Shown here piece by piece: positions 18,327 through 27,760 of a stretch of DNA of 64,000 bases (within the stretch, counting starts at the first letter, position 1; every line of letters begins with the position of its first letter). The notes below the pieces were generated by a model that saw nothing but the letters and a program-made list of their open reading frames with translations, searched no databases and had not been told where the DNA came from. This DNA is from an uncultured Nitrospirota bacterium (GTDB lineage Bacteria > Nitrospirota > Nitrospiria > SBBL01 > SBBT01): positions 15,690 to 79,689 of the forward strand of contig CAYJWQ010000001.1 in NCBI GenBank assembly GCA_964373895.1. The letters are read 5' to 3'. Position numbers and translations under genes: made by a program.

Positions 18327-18354
18327 TTGACAAACCTTCGTCCTATTCTATAGG
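18327..18354 (+). promoter_or_regulatory. Sigma70-like promoter for tRNA-Val
   Basis: TTGACA (18327-18332), 16-nt spacer, TATAGG (18349-18354), about 20 nt before the tRNA 5' end. It is preceded by a tandem 11-mer, gcggatgtttt x2 (18303-18324). Confidence 0.5.
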
Positions 18355-18375
18355 ATATGGAAAATTATTTTTGAT

Positions 18376-18450
18376 AGGCGCGTAGCTCAGGGGGAGAGCG
18401 CTTGCTTGACACGCAAGAGGTCGGCGGTTCAAGACCGCCCGTGCCTACCA
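18376..18450 (+). tRNA. tRNA-Val (anticodon GAC)
   Basis: Hand-folded. Acceptor AGGCGCG/CGTGCCT (one G-U pair), D-arm GCTC...GAGC, anticodon stem CTTGC/GCAAG with loop TTGACAC, T-arm GGCGG-TTCAAGA-CCGCC, encoded CCA. Confidence 0.9.
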
Positions 18451-18570
18451 TTGCCTACCGGGTGTGTCTGTAAGTCCTTCTAAACATTTCGGCGAAGGAT
18501 CAAAGTATCGTGATGGGCAATGGTGGCATGGGAGGTCTCTATTTTTTGTAATGGGTGTTGGGGGAGGGGG

Positions 18571-18607
18571 AAAGGCATCAGCACGCGATGATGCCTTTTA
18601 TTGTTTT
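18571..18607 (+). terminator. Rho-independent terminator after tRNA-Val
   Basis: 9-bp stem aaaggcatc/gatgccttt with a 10-nt loop, followed by ttttattgtttt. Confidence 0.65.
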
Positions 18608-18672
18608 AGCGTCTTTGTCTGTAACTTCTATGCCATTTGCCCGGAAGTTGAACCAGCGTTAGGGATATAAAA

Positions 18673-20589
18673 TTGAGCAATATTGTGTTTCACCTTGAGG
18701 GTAAAATAGAGAAGAAAGTAGAAGAGGGGACCACCTACTTAGAGATCCTGCGGTCAGAAGGGAAGTCAGAGGGGGTCATTGCTGTAGATGTCAATGGCCA
18801 GCCTAAAGATTTGCATTCCACGATAGAAGACCGCGCGGTCGTCCACTCTCTTACCTTTGAATCTCCGGAAGGGAAAGAGATCTATCGTCACAGCTCTTCT
18901 CATCTGATGGCACAGGCGGTTAAGGAGCTTTTCCCAAATGCGAAAATGGCCATTGGACCCGCCATTGAGGATGGGTTTTATTATGATTTTGATTTTGAGC
19001 GTCCCTTTACCCCGGAGGACTTGCAAAAGATTGAGGCAAAGATGCAGGAGATCATTAGAAGAGACCTTCCGATTTCCCGTTTGGAGTTATCCAAGGAGGA
19101 CGCCCTGAATCTGTTTCGTAAGCGGGGAGAGCCATACAAATTGGAATTAATCGAAGGCATTCAATTGCCTCCCATTTCGGCCTATCAGCAGGGAGACTTT
19201 ATCGACCTTTGCACTGGCCCTCACGTTCCCTCGACCGGCACGATTCATGCGATCAAGTTAACATCCAGCGCGGGCGCGTATTGGCGCGGCAGCGAAAAAA
19301 ATAAAATGCTCCAACGAATCTATGGCACCTCTTTTTTTAAGAAGGAGGATTTAGACGCCCATCTGAAGAAATTAGAAGAGATCAAGAAGCGGGATCACCG
19401 GAAATTAGGGAGAGAGCTTGATCTCTTTTCTACGTCTGAAGAAGTAGGATCGGGGCTGATTCTATGGCATCCGAAGGGGGCGATGATACGCAAAACGCTC
19501 GAGGATTTTTGGAGGGAAGCACATCTTTCGGCTGGTTACGAGTTTGTCTTTTCGCCGCATATTGCCCGGCTTGACCTTTGGAAGCAGAGCGGACATCTTC
19601 AGTTTTATAAAGAGAATATGTATGACCCGATGGAAGTAGAGGGCATCCCGTATGAACTGAAACCGATGAACTGCCCGTTCCATATCATGATCTATAAGTC
19701 GGCCCTTCGTAGTTATCGAGATCTCCCTTTTCGCTGGGCGGAGCTGGGAACGGTCTATCGGTATGAGCGCTCTGGCGTATTGCATGGGCTCCTTCGGGTA
19801 CGCGGTTTTACGCAAGATGATGCCCACCTCTTTTGTCGGCCGGATCAGGTTGAATCAGAAATTTTTAAGATTCTGGACTTTACCACATTAGTCATGGGGA
19901 CGTTTGGTTTTAAAAACTATGCAATTTATCTCTCGACCCGTCCGGAAAAATATGTGGGGAGACTGGGGCGTTGGGAAGAGGCAACGGCGGCGCTGGAAGG
20001 GGCATTGAGGCGAAAGAATCTCCCGTACCAAATTGATCCAGGAGAAGGGGTATTCTATGGCCCCAAGATCGATATTAAGATCAAGGACGCCCTGGATCGC
20101 CTATGGCAATGCACCACCATTCAGGTTGATTTCAATCTTCCTGAACGTTTTAAGATGAGTTACAGGGGAGAAGACGGGTTGGAACATCAGCCGATCATGA
20201 TCCATCGCGCGTTGATGGGGTCGATTGAACGCTTTTTCGGGATTCTGATCGAACATTATGGCGGGGCGTTTCCAACATGGCTGGCCCCGGTGCAGGCAAA
20301 GATCATCCCAATTACTGAACGCCATCAGGCGTACGCAGGCCAGATTCATCATCAACTTTTGCGCGTGGGCGTCCGAAGTGAACTCGATGACCGAAACGAA
20401 AGGCTCGGCTCGAAGATTCGGGATGCCCAGTTGATGAAGATTCCTTATATGCTGGTGATTGGAGAAGCCGAATGTGCCAACCAAACGATTTCTGTCCGAA
20501 GTCGCTCTGGAGAGAATAACGTTATGACGTTGGAGTCCTTTGTAAACCAAATCAAAGAGGAAATGATGACGAGAAGCGGTTCATCATAG
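18673..20589 (+). CDS. thrS: Threonine--tRNA ligase
   Basis: 638 aa. TGS-like N-terminus, editing-domain HSSSHLMAQA, class II core and anticodon-binding domain. TTG start. Confidence 0.95.
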   Translation: MSNIVFHLEGKIEKKVEEGTTYLEILRSEGKSEGVIAVDVNGQPKDLHSTIEDRAVVHSLTFESPEGKEIYRHSSSHLMAQAVKELFPNAKMAIGPAIEDGFYYDFDFERPFTPEDLQKIEAKMQEIIRRDLPISRLELSKEDALNLFRKRGEPYKLELIEGIQLPPISAYQQGDFIDLCTGPHVPSTGTIHAIKLTSSAGAYWRGSEKNKMLQRIYGTSFFKKEDLDAHLKKLEEIKKRDHRKLGRELDLFSTSEEVGSGLILWHPKGAMIRKTLEDFWREAHLSAGYEFVFSPHIARLDLWKQSGHLQFYKENMYDPMEVEGIPYELKPMNCPFHIMIYKSALRSYRDLPFRWAELGTVYRYERSGVLHGLLRVRGFTQDDAHLFCRPDQVESEIFKILDFTTLVMGTFGFKNYAIYLSTRPEKYVGRLGRWEEATAALEGALRRKNLPYQIDPGEGVFYGPKIDIKIKDALDRLWQCTTIQVDFNLPERFKMSYRGEDGLEHQPIMIHRALMGSIERFFGILIEHYGGAFPTWLAPVQAKIIPITERHQAYAGQIHHQLLRVGVRSELDDRNERLGSKIRDAQLMKIPYMLVIGEAECANQTISVRSRSGENNVMTLESFVNQIKEEMMTRSGSS

Positions 20590-20621
20590 GGGCGACGTAC
20601 CTTTATTAAGGGGGGATATCT

Positions 20622-21146
20622 ATCGCATCGAAACTTAAAGTCAATTTAGAAATCAGGGCAAAGGAAGTCCGTGTCATTGGAGCTGCCGGAGAGCAAATGG
20701 GTGTTATTCCTATTCGGGAGGCACTGGATAAGGCGGGCGAATCTGGGGTTGACCTGGTCGAAGTGTCTCCTACGGCAAATCCACCCGTTTGTCGGATGAT
20801 GGATTTAGGAAAATATAAATATGAACAGAGCAAAAAAGAACATACCGTCAAGCTTCATCAGAAAGGAACGCATATCAAGGAGATTAAGTTTCGTCTTTGC
20901 ACCGGTGAACATGATCTTGATTTTAAGGTCCGGCATGCGCGAGATTTCCTGGAATCGAGTCATAAGGTAAAGGTAACATTGATGTTCCGGGGAAGAGAAA
21001 TGGCCTATCAAAGCAAGGGGCGGACGATGATGGCCCATATTCAGGATCAATTACAGGAAGTAGGACAGATAGAGTATCCCCCAAAAATGGAGGGGAATTG
21101 TATGGCCATGACCTTGGCCCCAAAATCTGTAAAGGAGCACAAATGA
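20622..21146 (+). CDS. infC: Translation initiation factor IF-3 with a non-canonical start codon
   Basis: The in-frame sequence upstream of the track ATG (20697) encodes ...LEIRAKEVRVIGAAGEQ, contiguous with MGVIPIREALDKAGESGVDLVEVSPTANPPVCRMMD, the conserved IF3 N-domain. The frame opens after TAA at 20607-20609. It has no ATG/GTG/TTG before 20697, only ATA (20616) and ATC (20622). The aagggggg SD ends 6 nt before ATC. Confidence 0.85.
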   Translation: MASKLKVNLEIRAKEVRVIGAAGEQMGVIPIREALDKAGESGVDLVEVSPTANPPVCRMMDLGKYKYEQSKKEHTVKLHQKGTHIKEIKFRLCTGEHDLDFKVRHARDFLESSHKVKVTLMFRGREMAYQSKGRTMMAHIQDQLQEVGQIEYPPKMEGNCMAMTLAPKSVKEHK

Positions 21147-21340
21147 AGTTAAAGACCCATAGCGGGGCATCCAAACGATTTAAGTTGACGGGAAGCGGTA
21201 AAGTTCTAAGGAGACAGTCTGGAAAGAGGCATCTGTTAGGCCATAAATCTTCTAAGCGTAAGAGAAATCTCGGAGGGGCCGCACTTGTTCATCCGGGAGA
21301 GAAGGTCATGGTCAAGCGGTTGCTTTCTTATGGAAAATAA
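21143..21340 (+). CDS. rpmI: 50S ribosomal protein L35
   Basis: MKLKTHSGASKRFKLTGSGKVLRRQSGKRHLL. The ATGA overlap with the infC stop indicates translational coupling. The track start at 21098 is rejected. Confidence 0.9.
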   Translation: MKLKTHSGASKRFKLTGSGKVLRRQSGKRHLLGHKSSKRKRNLGGAALVHPGEKVMVKRLLSYGK

Positions 21341-21419
21341 ATCGTACGAGAGGCGGGTCTTGACGGACTGATGCCAGAAGAGGTATGCCTCATTTTTAAA
21401 ATATTATAAGGAGCGGGTA

Positions 21420-21770
21420 ATGCCAAGGACAAAAGGGGGACCTAAAACACGACAGCGACGCCATGCGCGTCTTAAGATGGCAAAGGGCTATTATGGGGCC
21501 AAGAGCAAACTGTTTCGCACCGCCACCGAAGCGGTTGACAAATCGCTGGTATACGCCTATCGAGACCGCCGCGCGAAGAAACGTAACTTCAGAAGGTTAT
21601 GGATTGCCCGTATCAACGCCGCGGCTCGAAGTCATGGGCTGACCTATAGCCGCTTTATGGAGGGGCTAAAAAAGGCTGGGATACCTCTTAACAGAAAGAT
21701 TCTGGCAGAAATAGCCGCAAGAGACGCCAGCGGGTTTAGCCAGATTGTCCAGTCAGCCCGGACGCCGTAG
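21420..21770 (+). CDS. rplT: 50S ribosomal protein L20
   Basis: 116 aa. [35 protein letters not shown]... Confidence 0.95.
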   Translation: MPRTKGGPKTRQRRHARLKMAKGYYGAKSKLFRTATEAVDKSLVYAYRDRRAKKRNFRRLWIARINAAARSHGLTYSRFMEGLKKAGIPLNRKILAEIAARDASGFSQIVQSARTP

Positions 21771-23450
21771 AGTCTTCATAAGAAGTTCCGCTTCAACTTC
21801 AAACGCGGCCGATGGCATGCCGATCTGCCATTGGGTGAGAACGCCCGGATCGATCTCGCCGATGATTCCCACTTCACTGCTGTTGACAATCAGTAAACCT
21901 GCCCGACCGTCAATGAAAGAGGGATGCGAGACAGGCTCAAGATGCATCTCCAGCGCCAGATGATGGAAAAGGGCTTCCAGTATGGAATGAAGCTCTGAAA
22001 AATTGGCTGATGGGTGGGAGATTATTGCGGCCAGATGGGTACGGGTTTCTGTCGCCTCCTTCGAGGCTGTAAACCGCGCCACCTCGCCGACTTCAAAAAC
22101 CCGGTGGGGATAATAGGCCTTTGAGCTTGCCCCTTCAACCTGGAGCAGAGACGGAAGCAGCCAGGACCGCAAGGTTGAGAAACGCTCCGTGATCGGATTT
22201 TCTACGTCAATGACGCTTGCCTCGGGTCGGGCCGCATCTTTAATCTTCATCCGATCCACTATGTTTTGCCGTGAGCTTAGGATATTTGAAATGATCTCTT
22301 CAAATCCATGGCCGATCATCTCTTCCCTGATCTGATCAGAAAATCTCTCGATGGGGGAGAGGAATCCAACCGTAAACGAAGAAGGCATTTCGGGCCGAAA
22401 GCTTTCGTACCCACGGCTGATGGCAAAATCCTCAATCACGTCAATGGGATGCATCGTATCATCCCGATAGGGGGGCGCAGTGGCCGTCAGCCGATCCCCC
22501 TTGAGGGTGACGGTGTAGCCAAACGATTCCAGAGAGGTTACAACCTCCTCTGACGAGACCGTCTCTCCCAAAACCTTCTGGAAATCTTTTGCCAACAAAT
22601 GGGTGGATCGTGAGAGATCAAAAGGCATCCGGATTACCTTCCCAAATTCGGACTCTTTCGGAAAATGGATGGAAACCGGTTCAATGGTGTATTCCCGATC
22701 GTAAAGATTGCAGGCAAAAATATTTAAAGCGAGCATGACCATCCGAAGATCGGCGCCGGTGACCTCGACAAAGAGGTCGGTATCGCCCGCTTGCACCTCG
22801 CCAATCTCGCGACTGTTAATGATCGGGGGAAATGAGAGGACCTGATCCTTCGCATCAACCAAGATCGGACAGATTTTGGCGCCATGAAGGGCGCTGGCAT
22901 AGGCGATCCCCTTTGGATGATGGGCGATGATTTCAGAGAGGCTCGCCGGTTGATCATATCCAAGCGGGGTGAAAGAGACACGGTCAGGGTCGACCGCGTC
23001 ATACCGGACAGGGAAGGTAATTTTATGGAGGCGGTAAAGTCCGATGGAGACCATCTCTCTTTTACGGCCATACGTCTCGGAAAGTTTTTCCTGCGATTGA
23101 ATCAGTTGAATGAGTCTGGCCTCCGTCATCGCCGGACCGTGGGCAATACAGGCCGCAAGGCAAGGCCGAACCATACCGACCTTTTCGGATACGATGACGG
23201 TTCGCTCCGCCGGATGATGAAAGAACGGATAGGGGGGAAGCGGAGGGTGAATCTGGCGCACGATTCCCTCCAGGGACCAGAGATCGGGTCGGTTGGTGTC
23301 ATTGAGCTCTAATTTGGCATAATCTTCCTCCGGCAGAAACTCTTTCACCTCCCCTTTTACTTTAAGGAGGAGGGTCTCCAACGCCTCCCTGCCGACGCGA
23401 CATCCAAACAGCGTCTCAAAGTCGCTGATTTTGATTTCAATGGTGGGCAT
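21753..23450 (-). CDS. pheT: Phenylalanine--tRNA ligase beta subunit, archaeal/eukaryal type
   Basis: About 565 aa from ATG at 23450. [16 protein letters not shown]...[21 protein letters not shown] is the archaeal-type N-terminus. It lacks the about 800-aa bacterial architecture with an N-terminal tRNA-binding domain. It overlaps pheS by 14 nt and rplT (convergent) by 18 nt. Confidence 0.85.
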   Translation of the reverse strand: MPTIEIKISDFETLFGCRVGREALETLLLKVKGEVKEFLPEEDYAKLELNDTNRPDLWSLEGIVRQIHPPLPPYPFFHHPAERTVIVSEKVGMVRPCLAACIAHGPAMTEARLIQLIQSQEKLSETYGRKREMVSIGLYRLHKITFPVRYDAVDPDRVSFTPLGYDQPASLSEIIAHHPKGIAYASALHGAKICPILVDAKDQVLSFPPIINSREIGEVQAGDTDLFVEVTGADLRMVMLALNIFACNLYDREYTIEPVSIHFPKESEFGKVIRMPFDLSRSTHLLAKDFQKVLGETVSSEEVVTSLESFGYTVTLKGDRLTATAPPYRDDTMHPIDVIEDFAISRGYESFRPEMPSSFTVGFLSPIERFSDQIREEMIGHGFEEIISNILSSRQNIVDRMKIKDAARPEASVIDVENPITERFSTLRSWLLPSLLQVEGASSKAYYPHRVFEVGEVARFTASKEATETRTHLAAIISHPSANFSELHSILEALFHHLALEMHLEPVSHPSFIDGRAGLLIVNSSEVGIIGEIDPGVLTQWQIGMPSAAFEVEAELLMKTLRRPG

Positions 23451-25038
23451 ATTGGATTCTCTGGCTGCGGATGAGTCCCAAATCGGGAGAGAAGAGATCG
23501 CGAATGTCCGAAATGGAAAGCGCCACCATCGCCATCCGATCCAATCCGAGTCCCCACGCAATCACAGGGACATTGATCCCAAACGGTTGGGTAACCTCCG
23601 GCCGAAAAAGACCCGCCCCGCCTAACTCCATCCAGCCCAGCTTTGGGTGTCGAACGTGCATCTCGACGGATGGCTCTGTAAAGGGGAAATAAGCGGGCAG
23701 GAATTTAATCTCCTTGGCCCGCGCCACCTCTTTTGCAAAGAGGGTCAACAAGCCGAGCAGTATCCCAAAATGGATTTCGGGGCCGAGCACAATTCCCTCC
23801 ACCTGGAAAAAATCGGGGGCGTGGGTGGCATCCACCTGATCGTACCGAAAACAGCGGGCGATCGAGAAATATTTTCCAGGGATGTTGGGCGTCCCTCCCA
23901 GCGTTCGCGCCGATATCGCTGTTCCCTGGCTGCGAAGAATTAACCGCCGGGTCCGGCGGGTGTCAAAGGGGTATCGCCACCCACACGATCCGCTTGCTCC
24001 GCCGGTTTGATGGCAGGCAGCCACCCGGGCAAGAAGGTTGTTCGGAATGTCATCACCTTGCAACGAACTTTTTACAAAATAGACATCGTGAATCTCCCGC
24101 GCCGGATGATGCTGGGGCATATAGAGGGCGTCCATATTCCAGAACTCGCTTTCAACCAAGGGTCCCCTCATTTCAGAAAAGCCCATCGAGACCAGTTTTT
24201 GTTTGACCTGATCGAGGAAACTCTTATAAGGATGTTTCCTGCCGCCGCTGATGCGCGAGGGAGGCAGCAAGAGGTTGTATTTGCGAAACTTCCTGCCGCG
24301 CCATTTCCCATCCTTGAGCATTTCGGGGGTCAGCCCGCCAATTTCATCCCCAATTTTATCCGAAGGTTCAATCTCCTGCATGGCCTGATAAAGCGGGGAA
24401 AATCGCTCTGTTGCGGCATACGTTCGGTCGATCCGTTCATTGATCCGAAAGATGCCTTTTGATTTCCCCCGTTTTCGATGATAGGCCGCAATAATCGCCT
24501 GGAACGGCTCCGACAGGGTGGCGATGTCCACCCCGTCCTCTTCCAACCCAAGATCAAGATAATAAATATGCTTAATAACCTCCTGTAGCCGCTCAAATTC
24601 GGAAAGTTTTGAACGGTCAATCAATTCGAAAACGCCTCCCGGCGCAAGACGAATCGCCCCCGCTTCTTTGAGGGCACCAATGGCGGAGCTTATCTCTTCC
24701 GGTTCCAAATCAGATTGCCGTTTTAAATCAGCGATAGAGAACGGTTGCCTCTGCTGGATTTCATTGGCAATCCGAAGCGGCGGATTCTTCTTTCTAGCGT
24801 AAGCGAGGCCAATCTCCGTCAACAGGACAGATTCCCTCTTTTTTTCATCTACGATCTTTATGATCTCTTTTGTCTGAAGCCATCCGATGGCCATTGAAAT
24901 CTGAGAGCGCTGGAGGTGGGGAAGATCGCACCACAGCTCTTCTTCAGAGCGTTGTGAGTTTTTGTAAAAGGGGGTTAGAACCTCTTTTTCAAGGGGATGC
25001 AGCGTTTCGGCTAACTTCGAAATTCCAATGTCGGTCAT
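23437..25038 (-). CDS. pheS: Phenylalanine--tRNA ligase alpha subunit, archaeal/eukaryal type
   Basis: 533 aa versus about 340 aa for bacterial PheS. Long N-terminal winged-helix-like region, class II core with ...FRYDQVDATHAPDFFQVEGIV... and ...FPFTEPSVE.... Confidence 0.85.
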   Translation of the reverse strand: MTDIGISKLAETLHPLEKEVLTPFYKNSQRSEEELWCDLPHLQRSQISMAIGWLQTKEIIKIVDEKKRESVLLTEIGLAYARKKNPPLRIANEIQQRQPFSIADLKRQSDLEPEEISSAIGALKEAGAIRLAPGGVFELIDRSKLSEFERLQEVIKHIYYLDLGLEEDGVDIATLSEPFQAIIAAYHRKRGKSKGIFRINERIDRTYAATERFSPLYQAMQEIEPSDKIGDEIGGLTPEMLKDGKWRGRKFRKYNLLLPPSRISGGRKHPYKSFLDQVKQKLVSMGFSEMRGPLVESEFWNMDALYMPQHHPAREIHDVYFVKSSLQGDDIPNNLLARVAACHQTGGASGSCGWRYPFDTRRTRRLILRSQGTAISARTLGGTPNIPGKYFSIARCFRYDQVDATHAPDFFQVEGIVLGPEIHFGILLGLLTLFAKEVARAKEIKFLPAYFPFTEPSVEMHVRHPKLGWMELGGAGLFRPEVTQPFGINVPVIAWGLGLDRMAMVALSISDIRDLFSPDLGLIRSQRIQYAHH

Positions 25039-25104
25039 GAATCAATCCGTTGAATTTTTAAAGAGTAAGGTGCAGGATGTGGTTTGTCAAGACGGGCAAT
25101 GAAA

Positions 25105-25788
25105 TTACATGAATTGGGCGGCCTCACGCATTTCTTGAATGGTGCGCCTATAATGAGGGCTCTCAAAAATGGCCGAGCCTGCGACGAAGACATTGGCCCC
25201 CGCCTCGGATAGCGCTCTGATATTGTCGACTTTAATCCCTCCGTCAACCTCCAGGTCGGTTATCAGACCGCGATCATCAATCATCTTTCGGGCTGCGCGG
25301 ATTTTATCAATGGTTCTGGGAATAAATTTCTGTCCTCCAAAACCGGGGTTAACGGACATGATCAGAAGGAGGTCCACCTCGCCTAAAATCTCCTCGATGG
25401 AAGAGAGGGGTGTTGCAGGATTAAGCGTTACACCCGCCTTTGCCCCATGCTGCTTGATCAGGTGAATCGTCCGGTGAAGATGCGGGCAGGTTTCCACATG
25501 AATGGTAATGGAGTTTGCCCCTTCTTTGATGAACTCGGGAATCAGATGTTCCGGCTCAACGATCATCAAATGGACGTCCAGCGGCAATGCCGTTGTCTTT
25601 TTCGCCGCCGCCACCATGAGTGGGCCGGCTGTTAAATTTGGGACAAATCGGCCGTCCATCACATCGATATGGATCCAATCGGCTCCGGCCGCATCGACCG
25701 CCTTGATCTCTTCTCCAAGGCGCGAGAAGTCCGCGGATAAAATTGACGGCGCAATCTTGACCTCTCTTTTATTCTTTGAGTGATTCAT
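25105..25788 (-). CDS. rpe: Ribulose-phosphate 3-epimerase
   Basis: From ATG at 25788: ...[18 protein letters not shown]...[22 protein letters not shown] overlap with the htpX stop. The track N-terminal extension overlaps htpX and is rejected. Confidence 0.9.
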   Translation of the reverse strand: MNHSKNKREVKIAPSILSADFSRLGEEIKAVDAAGADWIHIDVMDGRFVPNLTAGPLMVAAAKKTTALPLDVHLMIVEPEHLIPEFIKEGANSITIHVETCPHLHRTIHLIKQHGAKAGVTLNPATPLSSIEEILGEVDLLLIMSVNPGFGGQKFIPRTIDKIRAARKMIDDRGLITDLEVDGGIKVDNIRALSEAGANVFVAGSAIFESPHYRRTIQEMREAAQFM

Positions 25789-26642
25789 CGCGGGTTGTAC
25801 GCCAGGCCCTCTAATCGGGCAATTCGCTCTTGCATGGGGGGATGGGTTGAGAAAAGGGAGGCCAATCCGCCTGATGAAAGTGGGCTGACGATAAACATGT
25901 GCGCGGTTGCTGGGTTGGCGTCCATCGGGATGCGCGCAGCGCCCGCATGCAGTTTTCGCAAGGCGCTGGCGAGCCAGAGGGGGTTGCCGCACAGTTTCGC
26001 CCCTCCCGCATCGGCCTGAAATTCCCTGGAGCGGGAGATGGACATCTGAATCAGCATTGCAGCGATCGGGGCAAGAATCATCATGACAATTGCGCCGATA
26101 CCGCCGTGTCTCTCACGATCGTCGGAACGGCTGCCGAATCCTCCGAACATCAAGGACCACTGCGCCATATTGGCCAGCATCGATATGGCGCCAGCGATGG
26201 TCGCCACGATCGTTCCGATGAGGATGTCACGGTGGCGTATGTGAGAAAGCTCGTGCGCCAGAACGCCAGTGAGCTCCTCACGGTTTAAGAGGTTCAGAAT
26301 GCCGCTGGTGACCGCCACCGCCGCGTGGTGGGGATTGCGGCCTGTGGCAAAGGCGTTCGGAGAGGCGCTGTCGATCCAATAGATTTTTGGCATCGGCATG
26401 CCGGCCCGTTTTGCCAGATCGGTGACAATTCCATACACCAGAGGGGCCTCCGTTTCAGTCACAGGGCGCGCCCGATACATGGCCAGCACGATTTTATCTG
26501 AAAACCAATAGCTGATGCCATTCATGACGAATGCGATCATAAAGGCGATGGTGGCCCCGTTTTCCCCTCCCATCGCGGCGCCGACGAAAACAAGCAAAAC
26601 AGTCATGAGCGCCATAAAAAATGTCGTCTTTAATATGTTCAA
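25785..26642 (-). CDS. htpX: Membrane zinc metalloprotease HtpX (M48)
   Basis: 285 aa. [10 protein letters not shown] (HExxH) and 4 TM segments, the typical HtpX layout. Confidence 0.9.
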   Translation of the reverse strand: MNILKTTFFMALMTVLLVFVGAAMGGENGATIAFMIAFVMNGISYWFSDKIVLAMYRARPVTETEAPLVYGIVTDLAKRAGMPMPKIYWIDSASPNAFATGRNPHHAAVAVTSGILNLLNREELTGVLAHELSHIRHRDILIGTIVATIAGAISMLANMAQWSLMFGGFGSRSDDRERHGGIGAIVMMILAPIAAMLIQMSISRSREFQADAGGAKLCGNPLWLASALRKLHAGAARIPMDANPATAHMFIVSPLSSGGLASLFSTHPPMQERIARLEGLAYNPR

Positions 26643-26666
26643 CGAACTCCTCCTTTATCTATTATC

Positions 26667-26778
26667 CTCCCCCATCCCCCTCTTGGCAAGGGGAGATGGG
26701 AGTGGGTAATGGAGCCTCCCCCTCGCGCGCGCTGTGTATAAACGGTCTTATGTACAGACAATAATGAGACCGTTTATA
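26667..26778. repeat. Family B repeat, copy 1 (GC hairpin module plus 42-nt AT-rich hairpin core)
   Basis: ccccatccccctcttggcaaggggagatggg hairpin, then ...cgcgcgcgctgtg, then the core tataaacggtcttatgtacagacaataatgagaccgtttata (26737-26778), which has 11-bp arms. It lies between the fmt stop and the htpX start. Confidence 0.8.
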
Positions 26779-26801
26779 ATTGCGCCTGCTAATTGCGCCT
26801 A

Positions 26802-27758
26802 TTAAGCGCCTAAGATAGATCCCTTTTGGATTGAGTGGCCTTTCACATATTCAATCGGCGTCATCGGCCGCCCTCCCTCCATCTGTAATTTTTCTATCAA
26901 AATATAACCTCTCCCTGATGCCACTTCAAGCCCCTTTTCGGAAAGGCCTATAATTTCCCCGGGTCTGCCCCGCATCTCTTCGACACCCCCGACCTGTAAG
27001 GATGGAACCTTCCATCGTTTTCCCTGATAGGAGGTTGTTGTCCCCGGCCAGGGAATCACTCCCCGCCACCGATTGAAGATGGCACGGGCATCGTCATGCC
27101 AGCGAATCAATCCGTCTTCTTTTTTAAGAAGCGGGACAATGCTGGCCTCTTTTGCGTCTTGCTCTTCCGGAGTCAGGGTCCCTTCTTTTAGCCGCAACAA
27201 TGTCTCAAGTAAAAGATCTGCCCCCATCTTGGCCAGGCGGACAGAAAGGATTTCGGCGGTCTCTTCCGGATCAACGTCGGTCGTGCGGTGCAGGAGGATC
27301 GGACCGCTATCCACTCCTTCACCCACCTGCAGGGTGGTCACCCCCGTCTCTTTTTCTCCATGGATAAGCGCCCATTGTATCGGGGCGGCACCGCGGTATT
27401 TTGGAAGAAGTGACGGATGAAGATTGATACAACCGAGTCGCGGTATCTTCAAAACCTCTTTTGGAAGAATTTGCCCAAACGCCACAACGATCATCACATC
27501 CGGAGCGAGTTTAACGAGGGCTTGTGTAATGAGGAGATCCTTTTTTATCCGTTCGGGTTGGAAGATCAGCAACGATTTTTCTGCAGCGGCAACCTTCACC
27601 GGAGAGGGGGTCAGAATCTCCCCGCGACCCTTGGGACGGTCTGGCTGCGTCACAACGGCGATAACCTCTTCACCACTTAAGAGGGCTTCCAGAGAAGGGA
27701 GGGCGAAATCGGGCGTTCCCATAAAGACGACACGGAATCTTTTATGGGGAGGCGGCAT
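26802..27758 (-). CDS. fmt: Methionyl-tRNA formyltransferase
   Basis: 318 aa. ...FMGTPDFA...HPSLLPKYRGAAPIQWAL... Confidence 0.95.
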   Translation of the reverse strand: MPPPHKRFRVVFMGTPDFALPSLEALLSGEEVIAVVTQPDRPKGRGEILTPSPVKVAAAEKSLLIFQPERIKKDLLITQALVKLAPDVMIVVAFGQILPKEVLKIPRLGCINLHPSLLPKYRGAAPIQWALIHGEKETGVTTLQVGEGVDSGPILLHRTTDVDPEETAEILSVRLAKMGADLLLETLLRLKEGTLTPEEQDAKEASIVPLLKKEDGLIRWHDDARAIFNRWRGVIPWPGTTTSYQGKRWKVPSLQVGGVEEMRGRPGEIIGLSEKGLEVASGRGYILIEKLQMEGGRPMTPIEYVKGHSIQKGSILGA

Positions 27759-27760
27759 CG

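Noticed and set aside
18455-18672. Possible thrS leader regulatory RNA (T-box or anticodon-mimic operator).
   Set aside because: No T-box specifier or antiterminator sequence was recognised. The only clear structure is the terminator hairpin following tRNA-Val.
23451-23561. An N-terminal extension of pheT (MRGDSDWIGWRWW...).
   Set aside because: It overlaps the pheS 3' end. The archaeal-type PheT N-terminus MPTIEI begins at 23450.
25789-25992. A 68-codon N-terminal extension of rpe in the ORF track (MRQPPLARQ...).
   Set aside because: It overlaps the 3' end of htpX in another frame. rpe homology begins at the Met at 25788, which forms an ATGA overlap with the htpX stop.
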